A DNA stretch of 64,000 nt from a virus (Duplodnaviria > Heunggongvirae > Uroviricota > Caudoviricetes). Shown piece by piece: positions 17,211 through 25,931 of the stretch. Within the stretch, counting starts at the first letter, position 1. Each line of letters opens with the position of its first letter. The stretch lies in the IMG/VR virus record IMGVR_UViG_3300032046_000009; one strand, 5' to 3'. The notes under the pieces were generated by a model. That model did not search any database. It was not told the DNA's origin and was given only the letters and a program-made list of their open reading frames with translations. The position numbers and the translations under genes are program-made.

Positions 17211-18938
17211 TCACTTCTGGGTTTCTACGTTTAGATACACGTTTAGGAATCTCTGAGGTAATTCGGATATTTGGTTTATCCGTGTTCGTGAGCACTTCAA
17301 GTTTTTCACTTTGCTTGCGAAGGTTTCTACATTCTCACAGTCACAGAAACCTATGAAGATACATTCAATTCCAGCTTTCGCATATTGGTCGATTAATTCC
17401 TCTGCTTTCGTTTCTTCATCACCACAGAAGCAGAAATCGGACGCAATGACCAGAATCTTTCGGCGTTCGCCTTTAATCGTATTGAACATTCTCAGGCTTG
17501 CCTCTAATCCAACGGAAACCTCAGTACCGCCAGCATTCACCGAAATAGCTCCAATTCTTGCCCGTGTGTTTTCGAAGGTTTCAAAGAAAGTCTTTACTTT
17601 CTGGGTATCTGCCCCAAAGCACCCAATACTGAACCCGTAATCGTCAACGTAATGTCCAAAGACCTCATTCAGTATAGTGGTTATCTTTTCAGCCTCTATT
17701 CGACTAACTGACCCTGAGAAATCGAACCAAAATTGAATTGCGACTTGTTCCTTCTCAAATTTTGTTGTTGTACGCAGATACACATTGCGAACGGTTCCCC
17801 TAAAGCTGTTTGTGTAGATGCGTGGAACAATTGGACTCATCATTTTTCCGCGTTTCTGGAAAATGTCCCGTTGAACTCTCGGTTTCATTTTCTTCTTTAG
17901 TTGATTCAATAGCTCGGAAATTTCAGGCTTGCATTCGTCCAGAAGTTTCGAATACGCCTCAAAATCTGGGTCTGGGGCTGGAATCTCTTCGCCTGTGCCT
18001 TCGCCAGCACCCGAACCTTTCTGCAAATCTTCTAGGTGTTTCTTCTTGTCCTCTTCTGCCTTTTCTTGCTCTTCCTCTTTTTCTAGTAATTGCCTAAGTC
18101 TGTCCGATATTTTGCCCTTTACGTTGCCCCCTCTTCTAGAAACGACATATTCCTTTGTCGTATAGTCAGCGTTCAAGTGTTTAGCTACCAATTCATAAAT
18201 CGTTTGGCAAGACCTTATTATGTCGAGTTTGACACGTTGATATTTCGTCCCCTCTAGCACTTTAAGGGCTGTTTCACAGTCCTTTCTAGCATCTGGGCTT
18301 AGTTTGTTCCATAACTCTGTGCATTTAGCCTCATATAGACCTTCATTGCACAAAATTGCAACCATGTAAACCCCGTCTTGTTGTCCAGCTTGAATTGTCA
18401 TGTTTGGAATTTCGTTTTCGCCTAAGTTTTCGCCCTTCGGTAAGATGGTTGACATGGCTATTTGTGGCTTTTCAATTGTGTTGTCTATCATGTCTTTTAG
18501 TATCAAATTCGCCAAAAGTAGCCTCTTGCCGACATCAAACCTGTATCTGAGAATTATGAAATGATTCACGCGCTTATCTTCAACTATGTTGCAAACTTCG
18601 TGAGCCAGCTTGTAAAATCCTCTCTGTCGTTTGATTTTTGTTGTCCAATTGTTGAAAAATTCCCAATTCGGTTTTGTTAGAATCAGATGACCGCACTCGT
18701 GAACCATGTCACCGTCTAGGATTTTTCGGAATAGACGGGGCGATGTTTTCACGAAATCGGGATAACTCTGTAAACTCAAAGAAATCTCAAAGTTTTCCAT
18801 ATTGAAAGCAGAAGTTGGTTGTTCTGGAATATACTTGATACGAATCCGTTTGTCCTTCGTAATTGCTATGGCAAGATTCCTCATCTCGTCAAGTATCTTA
18901 GAGAAGTTGTTCGTCTTTGCTTGTTTCTGCTTTGTCAT
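17211..18938 (-). CDS. VWA-domain protein with N-terminal HExxH (CbbO/NorD-like)
   Basis: HECGH; MIDAS DFSGS; VIASDF; acidic linker. Confidence 0.75.
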   Translation of the reverse strand: MTKQKQAKTNNFSKILDEMRNLAIAITKDKRIRIKYIPEQPTSAFNMENFEISLSLQSYPDFVKTSPRLFRKILDGDMVHECGHLILTKPNWEFFNNWTTKIKRQRGFYKLAHEVCNIVEDKRVNHFIILRYRFDVGKRLLLANLILKDMIDNTIEKPQIAMSTILPKGENLGENEIPNMTIQAGQQDGVYMVAILCNEGLYEAKCTELWNKLSPDARKDCETALKVLEGTKYQRVKLDIIRSCQTIYELVAKHLNADYTTKEYVVSRRGGNVKGKISDRLRQLLEKEEEQEKAEEDKKKHLEDLQKGSGAGEGTGEEIPAPDPDFEAYSKLLDECKPEISELLNQLKKKMKPRVQRDIFQKRGKMMSPIVPRIYTNSFRGTVRNVYLRTTTKFEKEQVAIQFWFDFSGSVSRIEAEKITTILNEVFGHYVDDYGFSIGCFGADTQKVKTFFETFENTRARIGAISVNAGGTEVSVGLEASLRMFNTIKGERRKILVIASDFCFCGDEETKAEELIDQYAKAGIECIFIGFCDCENVETFASKVKNLKCSRTRINQISELPQRFLNVYLNVETQK

Positions 18939-19005
18939 TTTTCCACACCTTTATAGATGCCAGCGTAGCTTATAAAGGTTTCCCCAGAACGACCATGCTC
19001 GTTTT
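18939..19005 (-). promoter_or_regulatory. class I promoter cassette, palindrome 19008-19023 upstream
   Basis: aaaggtgtggaaaaatg leader; gcttataaaggtttccccagaacgaccatgctcg. Confidence 0.6.
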
Positions 19006-19104
19006 AGTTAATCAACTGTTTAAAAAAGTGAAAGGTTGCACTCTGAGTGACTTAAATGTTGATGGTCAAAGGCATGGTCGAAACTTTTATTACACCTAGA
19101 GTTT

Positions 19105-19400
19105 AACTGTGCCCCGAAGTAGTGTCCCCCAAAGGACTGTGGATAATGCCCGACTCTCAATTTCATCCCCTGAGCGTTCTCTTCGGGGCAAATCGTTCAA
19201 TAATTTCGAACATATATAAACGATATTGAACGAGTGTCCTTCTTTTGTTCGAAGAGGCTCAAATAATGCTTTTCGACCAATGGAAACGATGTTAAAAAGA
19301 CCATCAGTCCTATGGAATCTGGGTTTCGTTCGGGTTCGTTTTGGAAAATCAGTCTTGGAAAACGGCAACGCGCAGACTTCGAATGTAAAGGCTTCGAGTT
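19105..19400. ncRNA. candidate noncoding RNA locus, paralog of 4505-4800
   Basis: 10-bp long-range pair gccccgaag/cttcggggc (19112-19193); no credible ORF. Confidence 0.4.
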
Positions 19401-19544
19401 TTGAAATTAATCATTTGATTAAATAAGCTCAACAGTTCGCATCGTGCCTCGGCGTGAAGGGGCGTGAAGCAGTTAATCACCTGATTAATTAAATGCGCCT
19501 CGCACCGCGTCCCGTTTGGCAAAAGCGACCATTGTGAAAGCTGT

Positions 19545-19620
19545 GCTGGAAATTGAGCATGGCGTTTTTAGGGAAAGATTTATAAGCTACCGTGTTGTAG
19601 TATTCACAAAGAGGCACAAA
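19545..19620 (+). promoter_or_regulatory. full class I promoter cassette on plus strand
   Basis: ttgagcatggcgtttttagggaaagatttataagctaccg read on plus strand. Confidence 0.55.
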
Positions 19621-19621
19621 T

Positions 19622-19753
19622 ATGTTTCCGTTTGATACTCTGGGTTTCATAATAGGTTTAATTGTTCTTGCAAAAGTAGTTAAAACTTTCAGGCGACCCG
19701 TTGGTTGTCCCGACCCGTCAGAACTTGAGGAAGCACTAGAGGACGAAGGCTAG
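19622..19753 (+). CDS. 43-aa membrane protein (not in track)
   Basis: ATG after AGAGGCAC; one TM; hairpin + T-run 19825-19845 downstream. Confidence 0.45.
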   Translation: MFPFDTLGFIIGLIVLAKVVKTFRRPVGCPDPSELEEALEDEG

Positions 19754-20028
19754 GTCACACTTTCGGTGTAACTTTCCGTCCCCTCGAAAATTAAATTTTT
19801 AGTAGAATCCTGAGTGTCACATAACGCACATAGGCGTTTTTTCTTCCCAATTAGATTTCGGTTTATGGTGAAGCCCTCTGCCAGCCCCCAACGTATTCCC
19901 CAGACTTTTAATCAACTGATTAAAAAAGCACCGACTTCAGGCTTCAGTTCCCATTGGCTTCGCCCTAGCATCCAGAACGTCTTTTTCCCTAGTCTATTTA
20001 CCTGTCAAATGTAGCTAGGGGTAGGGGA

Positions 20029-20154
20029 CTAATCGAACCGAACTTTCTCTTTTTGTTTATACAATAGTTTTAGACATTCGGGACAAAAAAGTGCACGACT
20101 TCCAGCGAAGGGTTTGCAGAACCAAAGTTTTCCACATCTAAAACATTCTATCAT
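20029..20154 (-). CDS. 41-aa Zn-ribbon protein (not in track), last cassette of array E
   Basis: CFRCG..CPEC; ends EKVRFD + TAG; abuts G-rich hub. Confidence 0.5.
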   Translation of the reverse strand: MIECFRCGKLWFCKPFAGSRALFCPECLKLLYKQKEKVRFD

Positions 20155-20165
20155 TTTCTCTTCTG

Positions 20166-20396
20166 TCAATCGAAACTCACCTTTTCTGGAATCCGAAACA
20201 TAAGTTCAGAAATTCTAATATCGACTTTTCTCTTCTTTATCAGACAAACCATTTGCATTGGAAAATTTCTCTCTTTTTTATGTAGTTCCGCAGACCTAGT
20301 TAATCGGTTGCTCAATGCTTGTAAAGTATGAATTTCACTTTTCAATTCGACAAGTGGTTTCTTTTTCCATTGTGCAAGCGGAGATTTATGGGTCAT
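20166..20396 (-). CDS. basic small protein
   Basis: ATG in JM 20393; ends EKVSFD. Confidence 0.65.
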   Translation of the reverse strand: MTHKSPLAQWKKKPLVELKSEIHTLQALSNRLTRSAELHKKERNFPMQMVCLIKKRKVDIRISELMFRIPEKVSFD

Positions 20397-20608
20397 GTGA
20401 ATGACACCGTTTCTTTAGCTTTACAGAATCGTGAACAAACTTCTTTCAAATCTTTTGGGTATTCCCCAACTTCGGATTTCTCAAACTTTCGCGCACAATC
20501 GGAGCAATAACAACCCCCGTATTGCACTTTGCCATGACTAAGACCTAATCTAGCGCACCCATTATTGCACACGAAATGTTTTCCGCATTTTCCACAAATT
20601 TTGTTCAT
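20393..20608 (-). CDS. 8-Cys small protein (family A)
   Basis: CGKCGKHFVCNNGC..CYCSDC; JM both ends. Confidence 0.7.
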   Translation of the reverse strand: MNKICGKCGKHFVCNNGCARLGLSHGKVQYGGCYCSDCARKFEKSEVGEYPKDLKEVCSRFCKAKETVSFT

Positions 20609-20883
20609 GTGAATCGAACAACCTCTCTCATATTAAACCAGAGATTCCAGCAATATTCCCATCTTCCAAAATGTTTCCCATGAAAGATGCCCCATTCGTC
20701 ATAACATCCTCTACAAATCCAGATGTTATGTTTAAATCCGCTATTTACTAAAAAGATTAAAACCGCATCTATCGTTTTGGTATCTTCGTCTTTATGTTCA
20801 AAATTATTAGAATTGCTTACGTGGAACCATTTCTTTTTTGGAAGAGTTACAGTTATTGGTTTTCCACATTTCGAACATTTCAA
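20605..20883 (-). CDS. small Zn-ribbon protein (family B)
   Basis: CSKCG..CRGCYDEW; ends EVVRFT. Confidence 0.7.
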   Translation of the reverse strand: MKCSKCGKPITVTLPKKKWFHVSNSNNFEHKDEDTKTIDAVLIFLVNSGFKHNIWICRGCYDEWGIFHGKHFGRWEYCWNLWFNMREVVRFT

Positions 20884-21089
20884 GTGAACTCTACCTTCTC
20901 TTTGAGTTTGGCTAAATATTCTGGAATATGGTCTGAAATTATTATGTCATTCGGATATTTTTCATGACTCCACTTGACAAAAACCATCCAACATTTTATA
21001 CAAAGAAACGCCCATTTTCCGTTATTCTTTTCTCCGCACACGGGACAAAAATCTGGAAGTTCTTCTTTATCAACGAGTTTGTTTGTCAA
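20880..21089 (-). CDS. small Zn-ribbon protein (family B)
   Basis: track trimmed to TTG in JM 21086; CPVCG..CIKCW. Confidence 0.65.
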   Translation of the reverse strand: MTNKLVDKEELPDFCPVCGEKNNGKWAFLCIKCWMVFVKWSHEKYPNDIIISDHIPEYLAKLKEKVEFT

Positions 21090-21283
21090 GTGAATAACAC
21101 CTTCTCTTTTTCGGGTATTCCCCCATAGCACAATTCAAGTGACCCTATATCTTCAGTAAATTTTGTTCCCCATTTTTTGATTGAACATTCTTTACAATAG
21201 CATAATGTAGCGTCTGGGGAACATTCTTCGTCACAATTACAGAAGAACTTTTTTCCGCAAACTTGGCACGTCATTTCTTTCAA
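21086..21283 (-). CDS. 8-Cys small protein (family A)
   Basis: TTG in JM; CQVCGKKFFCNC..CYCKEC. Confidence 0.7.
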   Translation of the reverse strand: MKEMTCQVCGKKFFCNCDEECSPDATLCYCKECSIKKWGTKFTEDIGSLELCYGGIPEKEKVLFT

Positions 21284-21423
21284 GTGAATTGAACCTCTTC
21301 TTTTTGTTTTCTCACTTCACAAATCGAACGTTGTCTGCAACTCTTTTGACAAAAATCGTCATAATGATTTATCTCCCCGACATCGCAGTAAATTATTTTT
21401 CCAGCGCAGTATATTTCCGTCAT
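21280..21423 (-). CDS. 47-aa Cys-rich protein (not in track)
   Basis: hand translation; ends EEVQFT; JM both ends. Confidence 0.55.
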   Translation of the reverse strand: MTEIYCAGKIIYCDVGEINHYDDFCQKSCRQRSICEVRKQKEEVQFT

Positions 21424-21629
21424 GTGAATTGCACCACTTCTTTTAAGTCAACCTCTTCGCAACCTTCTGGACGACCCGACCCATGATTGCATTTTTCACA
21501 CCAACAAACGCTATATTCGTGAGGACATTTTCCCGTTATTGAAGATTTAGTCCATCCTCTCCCTTTACAAGTGAAAGTTCTACCACAATTACCGCACTTC
21601 TTTGTTAGAGCTAATGGATATTTCTTCAT
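21420..21629 (-). CDS. 8-Cys small protein (family A)
   Basis: CGNCGRTFTCKG..CWCEKC. Confidence 0.7.
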   Translation of the reverse strand: MKKYPLALTKKCGNCGRTFTCKGRGWTKSSITGKCPHEYSVCWCEKCNHGSGRPEGCEEVDLKEVVQFT

Positions 21630-21841
21630 GTAAATTGCACTACCTCTTTATCTACCCTTTTAATAAACTTGTCCCAGAGAAAGGTTGCTTTTGCTTCGGA
21701 TTCTGGAATGTCGGCATCGTTTTTGTGAAGTTCGTAAAAATTATACCATTTTTCTCTGCATTTTTGACAAAGAATATCGTTATTCGTTTGAAAAGATTCA
21801 CCGCATTTTTCACAAATACGATTATAGGATTTTTGTGTCAT
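21626..21841 (-). CDS. small Zn-ribbon protein (family B)
   Basis: CEKCG..CQKCREKW; ends EVVQFT. Confidence 0.7.
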   Translation of the reverse strand: MTQKSYNRICEKCGESFQTNNDILCQKCREKWYNFYELHKNDADIPESEAKATFLWDKFIKRVDKEVVQFT

Positions 21842-21939
21842 GTGAATTGCACTCTCACGGGTTCTTTCTCAATTTCAAAACGGTCATACCATTTTTTGAG
21901 ACTTCTATATTTTGTAAAAATATGTTGTAGATGGTTCAT
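21838..21939 (-). CDS. 33-aa protein
   Basis: track 21838..22041 trimmed to ATG in JM 21936. Confidence 0.45.
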   Translation of the reverse strand: MNHLQHIFTKYRSLKKWYDRFEIEKEPVRVQFT

Positions 21940-22151
21940 GTAAATTGTACAACCTCTTGATAACGATATTTGTTTCGCTCCATTCGTTCTTCGCAAGAAC
22001 GACCATTTTCCCTTACTGTTTTTGCGTGGCATAATCCACATTCACAACCATTACTATGTTTGCTCTTTTCAAGTTTTCCACAATCATTATCACAGTAAAA
22101 AATTCGTCCACACGTTCTACAAGTTCTTTTGAAAAGTTCGGGGACTATCAT
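21936..22151 (-). CDS. 8-Cys small protein (family A)
   Basis: CRTCGRIFYCDNDC..CECGLC. Confidence 0.7.
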   Translation of the reverse strand: MIVPELFKRTCRTCGRIFYCDNDCGKLEKSKHSNGCECGLCHAKTVRENGRSCEERMERNKYRYQEVVQFT

Positions 22152-22528
22152 GTAAACTCAACCTTTTCTTTTGAATGTAAACGTACAAGTTCGCTATATC
22201 CCTCATTTATTTCTAGTGTCATATCTAAAATTTCTGAATATGCCAAGTCGGTTGTGACAGTCCCGTAACAAGTTCCACTAGCAATTACCTTATCGCCCTT
22301 CCAAATCTCATAGTCAAATTGGTAGCTATCATTTTCTTTATCTATCTCTTTGAAAGCTCCAATAGGAAAAATCAGTTCAAACCCCTTATCCCATAATTTC
22401 TCCCGTTTCAAAATGATAAGGATATTTTTCTCTATCGTGTCATCTGAATATTCTTCCATAATATCTGTTAGTTCGGTTTCAAACTCAGGTTCTTTGCGTA
22501 AAGTCCAATTCGAAAAAGTGCCACTCAA
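22148..22528 (-). CDS. acidic hypothetical protein
   Basis: 126 aa; TTG in JM 22525; ends EKVEFT. Confidence 0.65.
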   Translation of the reverse strand: MSGTFSNWTLRKEPEFETELTDIMEEYSDDTIEKNILIILKREKLWDKGFELIFPIGAFKEIDKENDSYQFDYEIWKGDKVIASGTCYGTVTTDLAYSEILDMTLEINEGYSELVRLHSKEKVEFT

Positions 22529-22671
22529 GTAAACTCAACTCGCTCTCTGTTATCTGGAATAAAGCAAGTCCAACTTGTGCAATACCACAATCCTCTTTTT
22601 GAATCCCATACTCTTCCCTCACAATCCAACTCACACTTTTTGCAATAATCAGGTTGTTCGTTTCGATTCAT
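22525..22671 (-). CDS. 48-aa Zn-ribbon protein
   Basis: track trimmed to ATG in JM 22668; CKKCELDC. Confidence 0.55.
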   Translation of the reverse strand: MNRNEQPDYCKKCELDCEGRVWDSKRGLWYCTSWTCFIPDNRERVEFT

Positions 22672-22895
22672 GTAAATTCTACCTGTTCTTTGTCTATAAT
22701 TCCTATGAACTTGTGATACTCTTCTTTCCAAACTTTATTTTGAAGTTGGAAACCTTCTAATATCTGAATCTTTTTCTCATAAATTTTTATCCAAACTGTT
22801 CTGCACCCCATACAAATAATTCTCATAGTTTCTTTAGATTCTCCTATCTTAACTTCTCGTCCCTGAATTTCTTTGTGACATTTAGCGCACTTCAA
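22668..22895 (-). CDS. small Zn-ribbon protein (family B)
   Basis: track trimmed to TTG in JM 22892; CAKCH..CMGCRTVW. Confidence 0.65.
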   Translation of the reverse strand: MKCAKCHKEIQGREVKIGESKETMRIICMGCRTVWIKIYEKKIQILEGFQLQNKVWKEEYHKFIGIIDKEQVEFT

Positions 22896-23050
22896 GTGAA
22901 CAATACCTTCTCTCTGATTTTGATTTCTCTGCACAAAATTTTGTAAGGATAATTTTCTCTGTCAGCACCACATGAATGACTTTTACAAGTTTTATAGCAG
23001 AAGTTAGCACAACCGTTGCAATGACACTTTTCACAATCGGGGTTATTCAT
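22892..23050 (-). CDS. 52-aa Cys-rich protein (not in track)
   Basis: 10 Cys; ends EKVLFT; JM both ends. Confidence 0.55.
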   Translation of the reverse strand: MNNPDCEKCHCNGCANFCYKTCKSHSCGADRENYPYKILCREIKIREKVLFT

Positions 23051-23313
23051 GTAAATTGCACTCGTTCTTTTTTAGGTTTGTCTATACTCTTATCCCAGAA
23101 GTTAGGAAGTTCGCCTAGAAAAACAGCCCAACTTGCGTGATGTCCATTTATGCCCTGAGTATATTTTCTTTCAATATCCCTTCCATATTTGTGATGAAAT
23201 TTGTGCCACATCGCAAGACAATCTTTGCACAAAGAAACGTCTATCATATCATCGTCCCGATTATATTCAGGAACCCATGCACCACATTTTAGACAATCCG
23301 TTTTCAACATCAT
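23047..23313 (-). CDS. small Zn-ribbon protein (family B)
   Basis: CLKCG..CKDCLAMW; ends ERVQFT. Confidence 0.7.
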   Translation of the reverse strand: MMLKTDCLKCGAWVPEYNRDDDMIDVSLCKDCLAMWHKFHHKYGRDIERKYTQGINGHHASWAVFLGELPNFWDKSIDKPKKERVQFT

Positions 23314-23576
23314 GTGAAGTCCACTTTCTCAGGTTTCATTGTTACCTGTAATTCAAAATCATCGTATGCAAGAAGGTCTTTGCCAACACGAACAAGATAT
23401 TGAACGTGTGTAGAATTTACGTCTTTAATGTCTGTTATAGAGCCTATTTTGTCAATGAACCCTATCTTGCCTTTGTTTTCCCCCCTCAATATTTTTACGT
23501 CATCGTCTAGTTTAAGTTTTGTTCGTTGCTTAACAAGTTTGTCTATCTGAGCGCGAAACGCTTTACTTCCTTCCAT
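23310..23576 (-). CDS. small beta-barrel (KOW/SH3-like) protein, first gene of array E
   Basis: track 23310..23585; GENKGKIGFI; ends EKVDFT. Confidence 0.6.
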   Translation of the reverse strand: MEGSKAFRAQIDKLVKQRTKLKLDDDVKILRGENKGKIGFIDKIGSITDIKDVNSTHVQYLVRVGKDLLAYDDFELQVTMKPEKVDFT

Positions 23577-23585
23577 TGCAGACAC

Positions 23586-23645
23586 TCAGTTATGTCTATG
23601 TGTTCGTCCTATATAAATGTATGCCTAGAACGAACGTACTCAGCA
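23586..23645 (-). promoter_or_regulatory. class I promoter for array E
   Basis: gttcgtcctatataaatgtatgcctagaacgaacgtactcagc. Confidence 0.6.
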
Positions 23646-23876
23646 AACGTAACCTCTAAGTCTTTCCTTCCTTTTTTCGGGGTTCTCAACCATTTCTTCC
23701 GAAAACGCCAACTCGGAAACGGCTTGTTTCTCCGCATTAAATTGTCGTGTGAATATCGGGGTCGGATTATCGCAGATGAAAAGAATCGCCGTTCCCTTCA
23801 TTCGTCTAAGTTCTGCATTCGGGTCTTTCTTTTTCTTTTGGGCTTCAATGTAAATCGAAGATTCAAGCGTTGGCAT
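23640..23876 (-). CDS. hypothetical small protein
   Basis: 78 aa; stop TGA in TGAGTACG promoter element. Confidence 0.6.
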   Translation of the reverse strand: MPTLESSIYIEAQKKKKDPNAELRRMKGTAILFICDNPTPIFTRQFNAEKQAVSELAFSEEMVENPEKRKERLRGYVC

Positions 23877-24033
23877 CGTCTATTTTCTCCATTGCTTTTC
23901 TTAATTCGATAACTATTTCTGTTGCATCTTCTTTTGAATAGCCTAGAACTCTGAGTCTTTCGTAAACTCTTGACCGAAAGTCTATCTTTCGAACTAGGTC
24001 TTTTACTTGTTCATCTGTTGCTTGTTTTGGCAT
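23863..24033 (-). CDS. 56-aa protein (not in track)
   Basis: hand translation MPKQATDEQ..; 14-nt overlap downstream. Confidence 0.45.
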   Translation of the reverse strand: MPKQATDEQVKDLVRKIDFRSRVYERLRVLGYSKEDATEIVIELRKAMEKIDDANA

Positions 24034-24034
24034 T

Positions 24035-24169
24035 TTACTTTTCTCCTAGAAACTTCTCAACTTTTTTTACAATCTCCGAAGCAACTATTTCTGAATCGAC
24101 ATCTTCTCCGTAGTATTTCAATTGTTTGTCCAATTCCTTTAAGACAACATCATAAAGGGTTTTTGGCAT
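24035..24169 (-). CDS. 44-aa protein (not in track)
   Basis: hand translation MPKTLYDVV.. Confidence 0.45.
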   Translation of the reverse strand: MPKTLYDVVLKELDKQLKYYGEDVDSEIVASEIVKKVEKFLGEK

Positions 24170-24170
24170 T

Positions 24171-24335
24171 TCATTCACCGCTAAGTTTTGCTTCCTGATT
24201 CCATGCTAAGTTGAAGAGAATCTTTTCGTCCCTGTCCAACTTTTTCTCTGCCTGTATGTAGGCTGTTTGCTTGTCCTTCGCTTTCTCAACCCAATTGCGT
24301 TTACTCGTAACTATTTTGAATTTCGGTTCAGGCAT
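24171..24335 (-). CDS. 54-aa protein (not in track)
   Basis: hand translation MPEPKFKIV..; TAATG overlap upstream. Confidence 0.45.
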   Translation of the reverse strand: MPEPKFKIVTSKRNWVEKAKDKQTAYIQAEKKLDRDEKILFNLAWNQEAKLSGE

Positions 24336-24544
24336 TAACCTTCGTCCTCTTCGAATGTTCGAGTTATATTTCCCTGTTTATCTAGGTAGCCAGCTTCGAT
24401 TAATTGGTGAGCCATGCGTCCGTAGGTTCCCTGTAAACTCCAAGCGTGTCCGTTTTTCACTAGCATCGAGAAAAGTTCCAGAGTTTTCTGTTCGTCTAGT
24501 TCGCCTGATTCGTAGGCGATAATCAAATCAACTTCGGAGTCCAT
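24335..24544 (-). CDS. hypothetical acidic protein
   Basis: track 24335..24556; ATG chosen; TATA 24576-24583. Confidence 0.6.
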   Translation of the reverse strand: MDSEVDLIIAYESGELDEQKTLELFSMLVKNGHAWSLQGTYGRMAHQLIEAGYLDKQGNITRTFEEDEG

Positions 24545-24605
24545 TTTTATCAACAAGAGTATATTAGCATCGTCCTATATAAACCTTAGCCCAGAACTAC
24601 CATAC

Positions 24606-24893
24606 TCAAGTGAACTGAACTACTTCTTTTATAGCGTTCCTTATATCGCCTAGTGAAGTAATTTTAATATCCAAAATCATCTCATCTGCCATCTGTTGAA
24701 AGTGTTCTATCTCGCTTTCGTGTATCTCTTCAAATGAACATTTAGATATATGTTCTCCGTCATCGTAGTCATCTTCAAAAAACATAGAGCAAAGAGCACA
24801 TTCCTCTGAACCCCCACTTATACCCCCTCTAAATTTTACTGCAAGAGGGTCATTAGAATACGCAAGCCATCTTAAACTAACTTTACGTGTCAT
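24606..24893 (-). CDS. acidic small protein, last cassette of array G
   Basis: ends EVVQFT; its TTGA continues as TTGAGTATGG promoter element. Confidence 0.65.
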   Translation of the reverse strand: MTRKVSLRWLAYSNDPLAVKFRGGISGGSEECALCSMFFEDDYDDGEHISKCSFEEIHESEIEHFQQMADEMILDIKITSLGDIRNAIKEVVQFT

Positions 24894-25105
24894 GTGAACT
24901 CAACCCTCTCTTTTCTTTTTTCTTTCAAAATTAGCTTTTTGAAACATTCGGGACAAAGCCACCAAAACTTGTGAGCAAATTTTACTCTTCCCCCATTGCC
25001 TATTTCTCTAATACTACTTGCGAACTTCTCACAATTATAACAAGTAAGTTTCTCTCTATAATCTGGGGGGTCATAATCTTCTTCTAGCGGAATTTTTTCG
25101 GTCAA
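24890..25105 (-). CDS. small Zn-ribbon protein (family B-like)
   Basis: track trimmed to TTG in JM 25102; CYNC..CPEC. Confidence 0.65.
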   Translation of the reverse strand: MTEKIPLEEDYDPPDYREKLTCYNCEKFASSIREIGNGGRVKFAHKFWWLCPECFKKLILKEKRKERVEFT

Positions 25106-25266
25106 GTGAAACACACAACTTCCTTTTTAGGCTTTTTGCCACTAACATCGCACACAGAATACATGTCACACTTTTGGCATCTGTCTTGTAAATAGTTTGT
25201 GCATATCAAAACTTTCAGAGTAGTTACGCCCGTTTTTATGTTAGCTTGCAGTTGCATTCTTCTCAA
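25102..25266 (-). CDS. 54-aa Cys protein (not in track)
   Basis: TTG in JM; ends EVVCFT. Confidence 0.5.
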   Translation of the reverse strand: MRRMQLQANIKTGVTTLKVLICTNYLQDRCQKCDMYSVCDVSGKKPKKEVVCFT

Positions 25267-25391
25267 GTGAAGGACACCTTTTCTTTATTCTCCAAGATGT
25301 AAATTAATGCCTGAGCAATTATTTGCTGATTCTGTTGGACATTTCCTGTTGGAACAGATTTTAGATTTTTGATTATCTGTTCTCGATTCAA
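25263..25391 (-). CDS. 42-aa protein (not in track)
   Basis: TTG in JM; ends EKVSFT. Confidence 0.45.
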   Translation of the reverse strand: MNREQIIKNLKSVPTGNVQQNQQIIAQALIYILENKEKVSFT

Positions 25392-25537
25392 GTGAATTGC
25401 ACTTCCTCTTGTTCTTCTAAATATGGAATCCCATGAACTATTTTTTGAACCAGATAACGATAACCGTTTTTGTGAAAGACATCTCCAACTTTCAACTCTT
25501 CTCTGTTGGCTTGTCCTCTGGGTATTATTTTGTTCAA
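25388..25537 (-). CDS. 49-aa beta-barrel-like protein (not in track)
   Basis: VGDVF motif; ends EEVQFT. Confidence 0.5.
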   Translation of the reverse strand: MNKIIPRGQANREELKVGDVFHKNGYRYLVQKIVHGIPYLEEQEEVQFT

Positions 25538-25707
25538 GTGAACATCACTATTTCCCTTTCATTTGGTTGCTTGACTTTAAGACATTCTACAAGTCTTTCT
25601 TTCTTTTTCACCCAACAATCAGGACATAAACATTGGTTCATCTTTCTATTTTTCGCATCACATGATTGCTTGCAATTAAACTCTTTTTTACAATTTTTAC
25701 ACTTCAA
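25534..25707 (-). CDS. 57-aa 8-Cys protein (family A; not in track)
   Basis: MKCKNCKKEFNCKQSC..CLCPDC; ends EIVMFT. Confidence 0.6.
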   Translation of the reverse strand: MKCKNCKKEFNCKQSCDAKNRKMNQCLCPDCWVKKKERLVECLKVKQPNEREIVMFT

Positions 25708-25931
25708 GTAAACTTCACCCTTTCCTTTACTTTCTCTTTATCCCATTTTGCGAAAAGGTCTATTCCTTGTTTCCAAGTTATACAACTGCTTCCTGTCGTC
25801 TTAATGGATTTTTCGCTGTGTTTTCCTATATTCTCATATCTCGTTCCATATTGTTCTCCTTTCGTATCACAATATCCTTTTTTTCGGTTGTTAAACAAAC
25901 AGTTGAAACAGCCCTGTGTTGGTAAACTCAA
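25704..25931 (-). CDS. small Cys protein (family C)
   Basis: TTG start; GCFNC..GSSC; ends ERVKFT. Confidence 0.7.
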   Translation of the reverse strand: MSLPTQGCFNCLFNNRKKGYCDTKGEQYGTRYENIGKHSEKSIKTTGSSCITWKQGIDLFAKWDKEKVKERVKFT

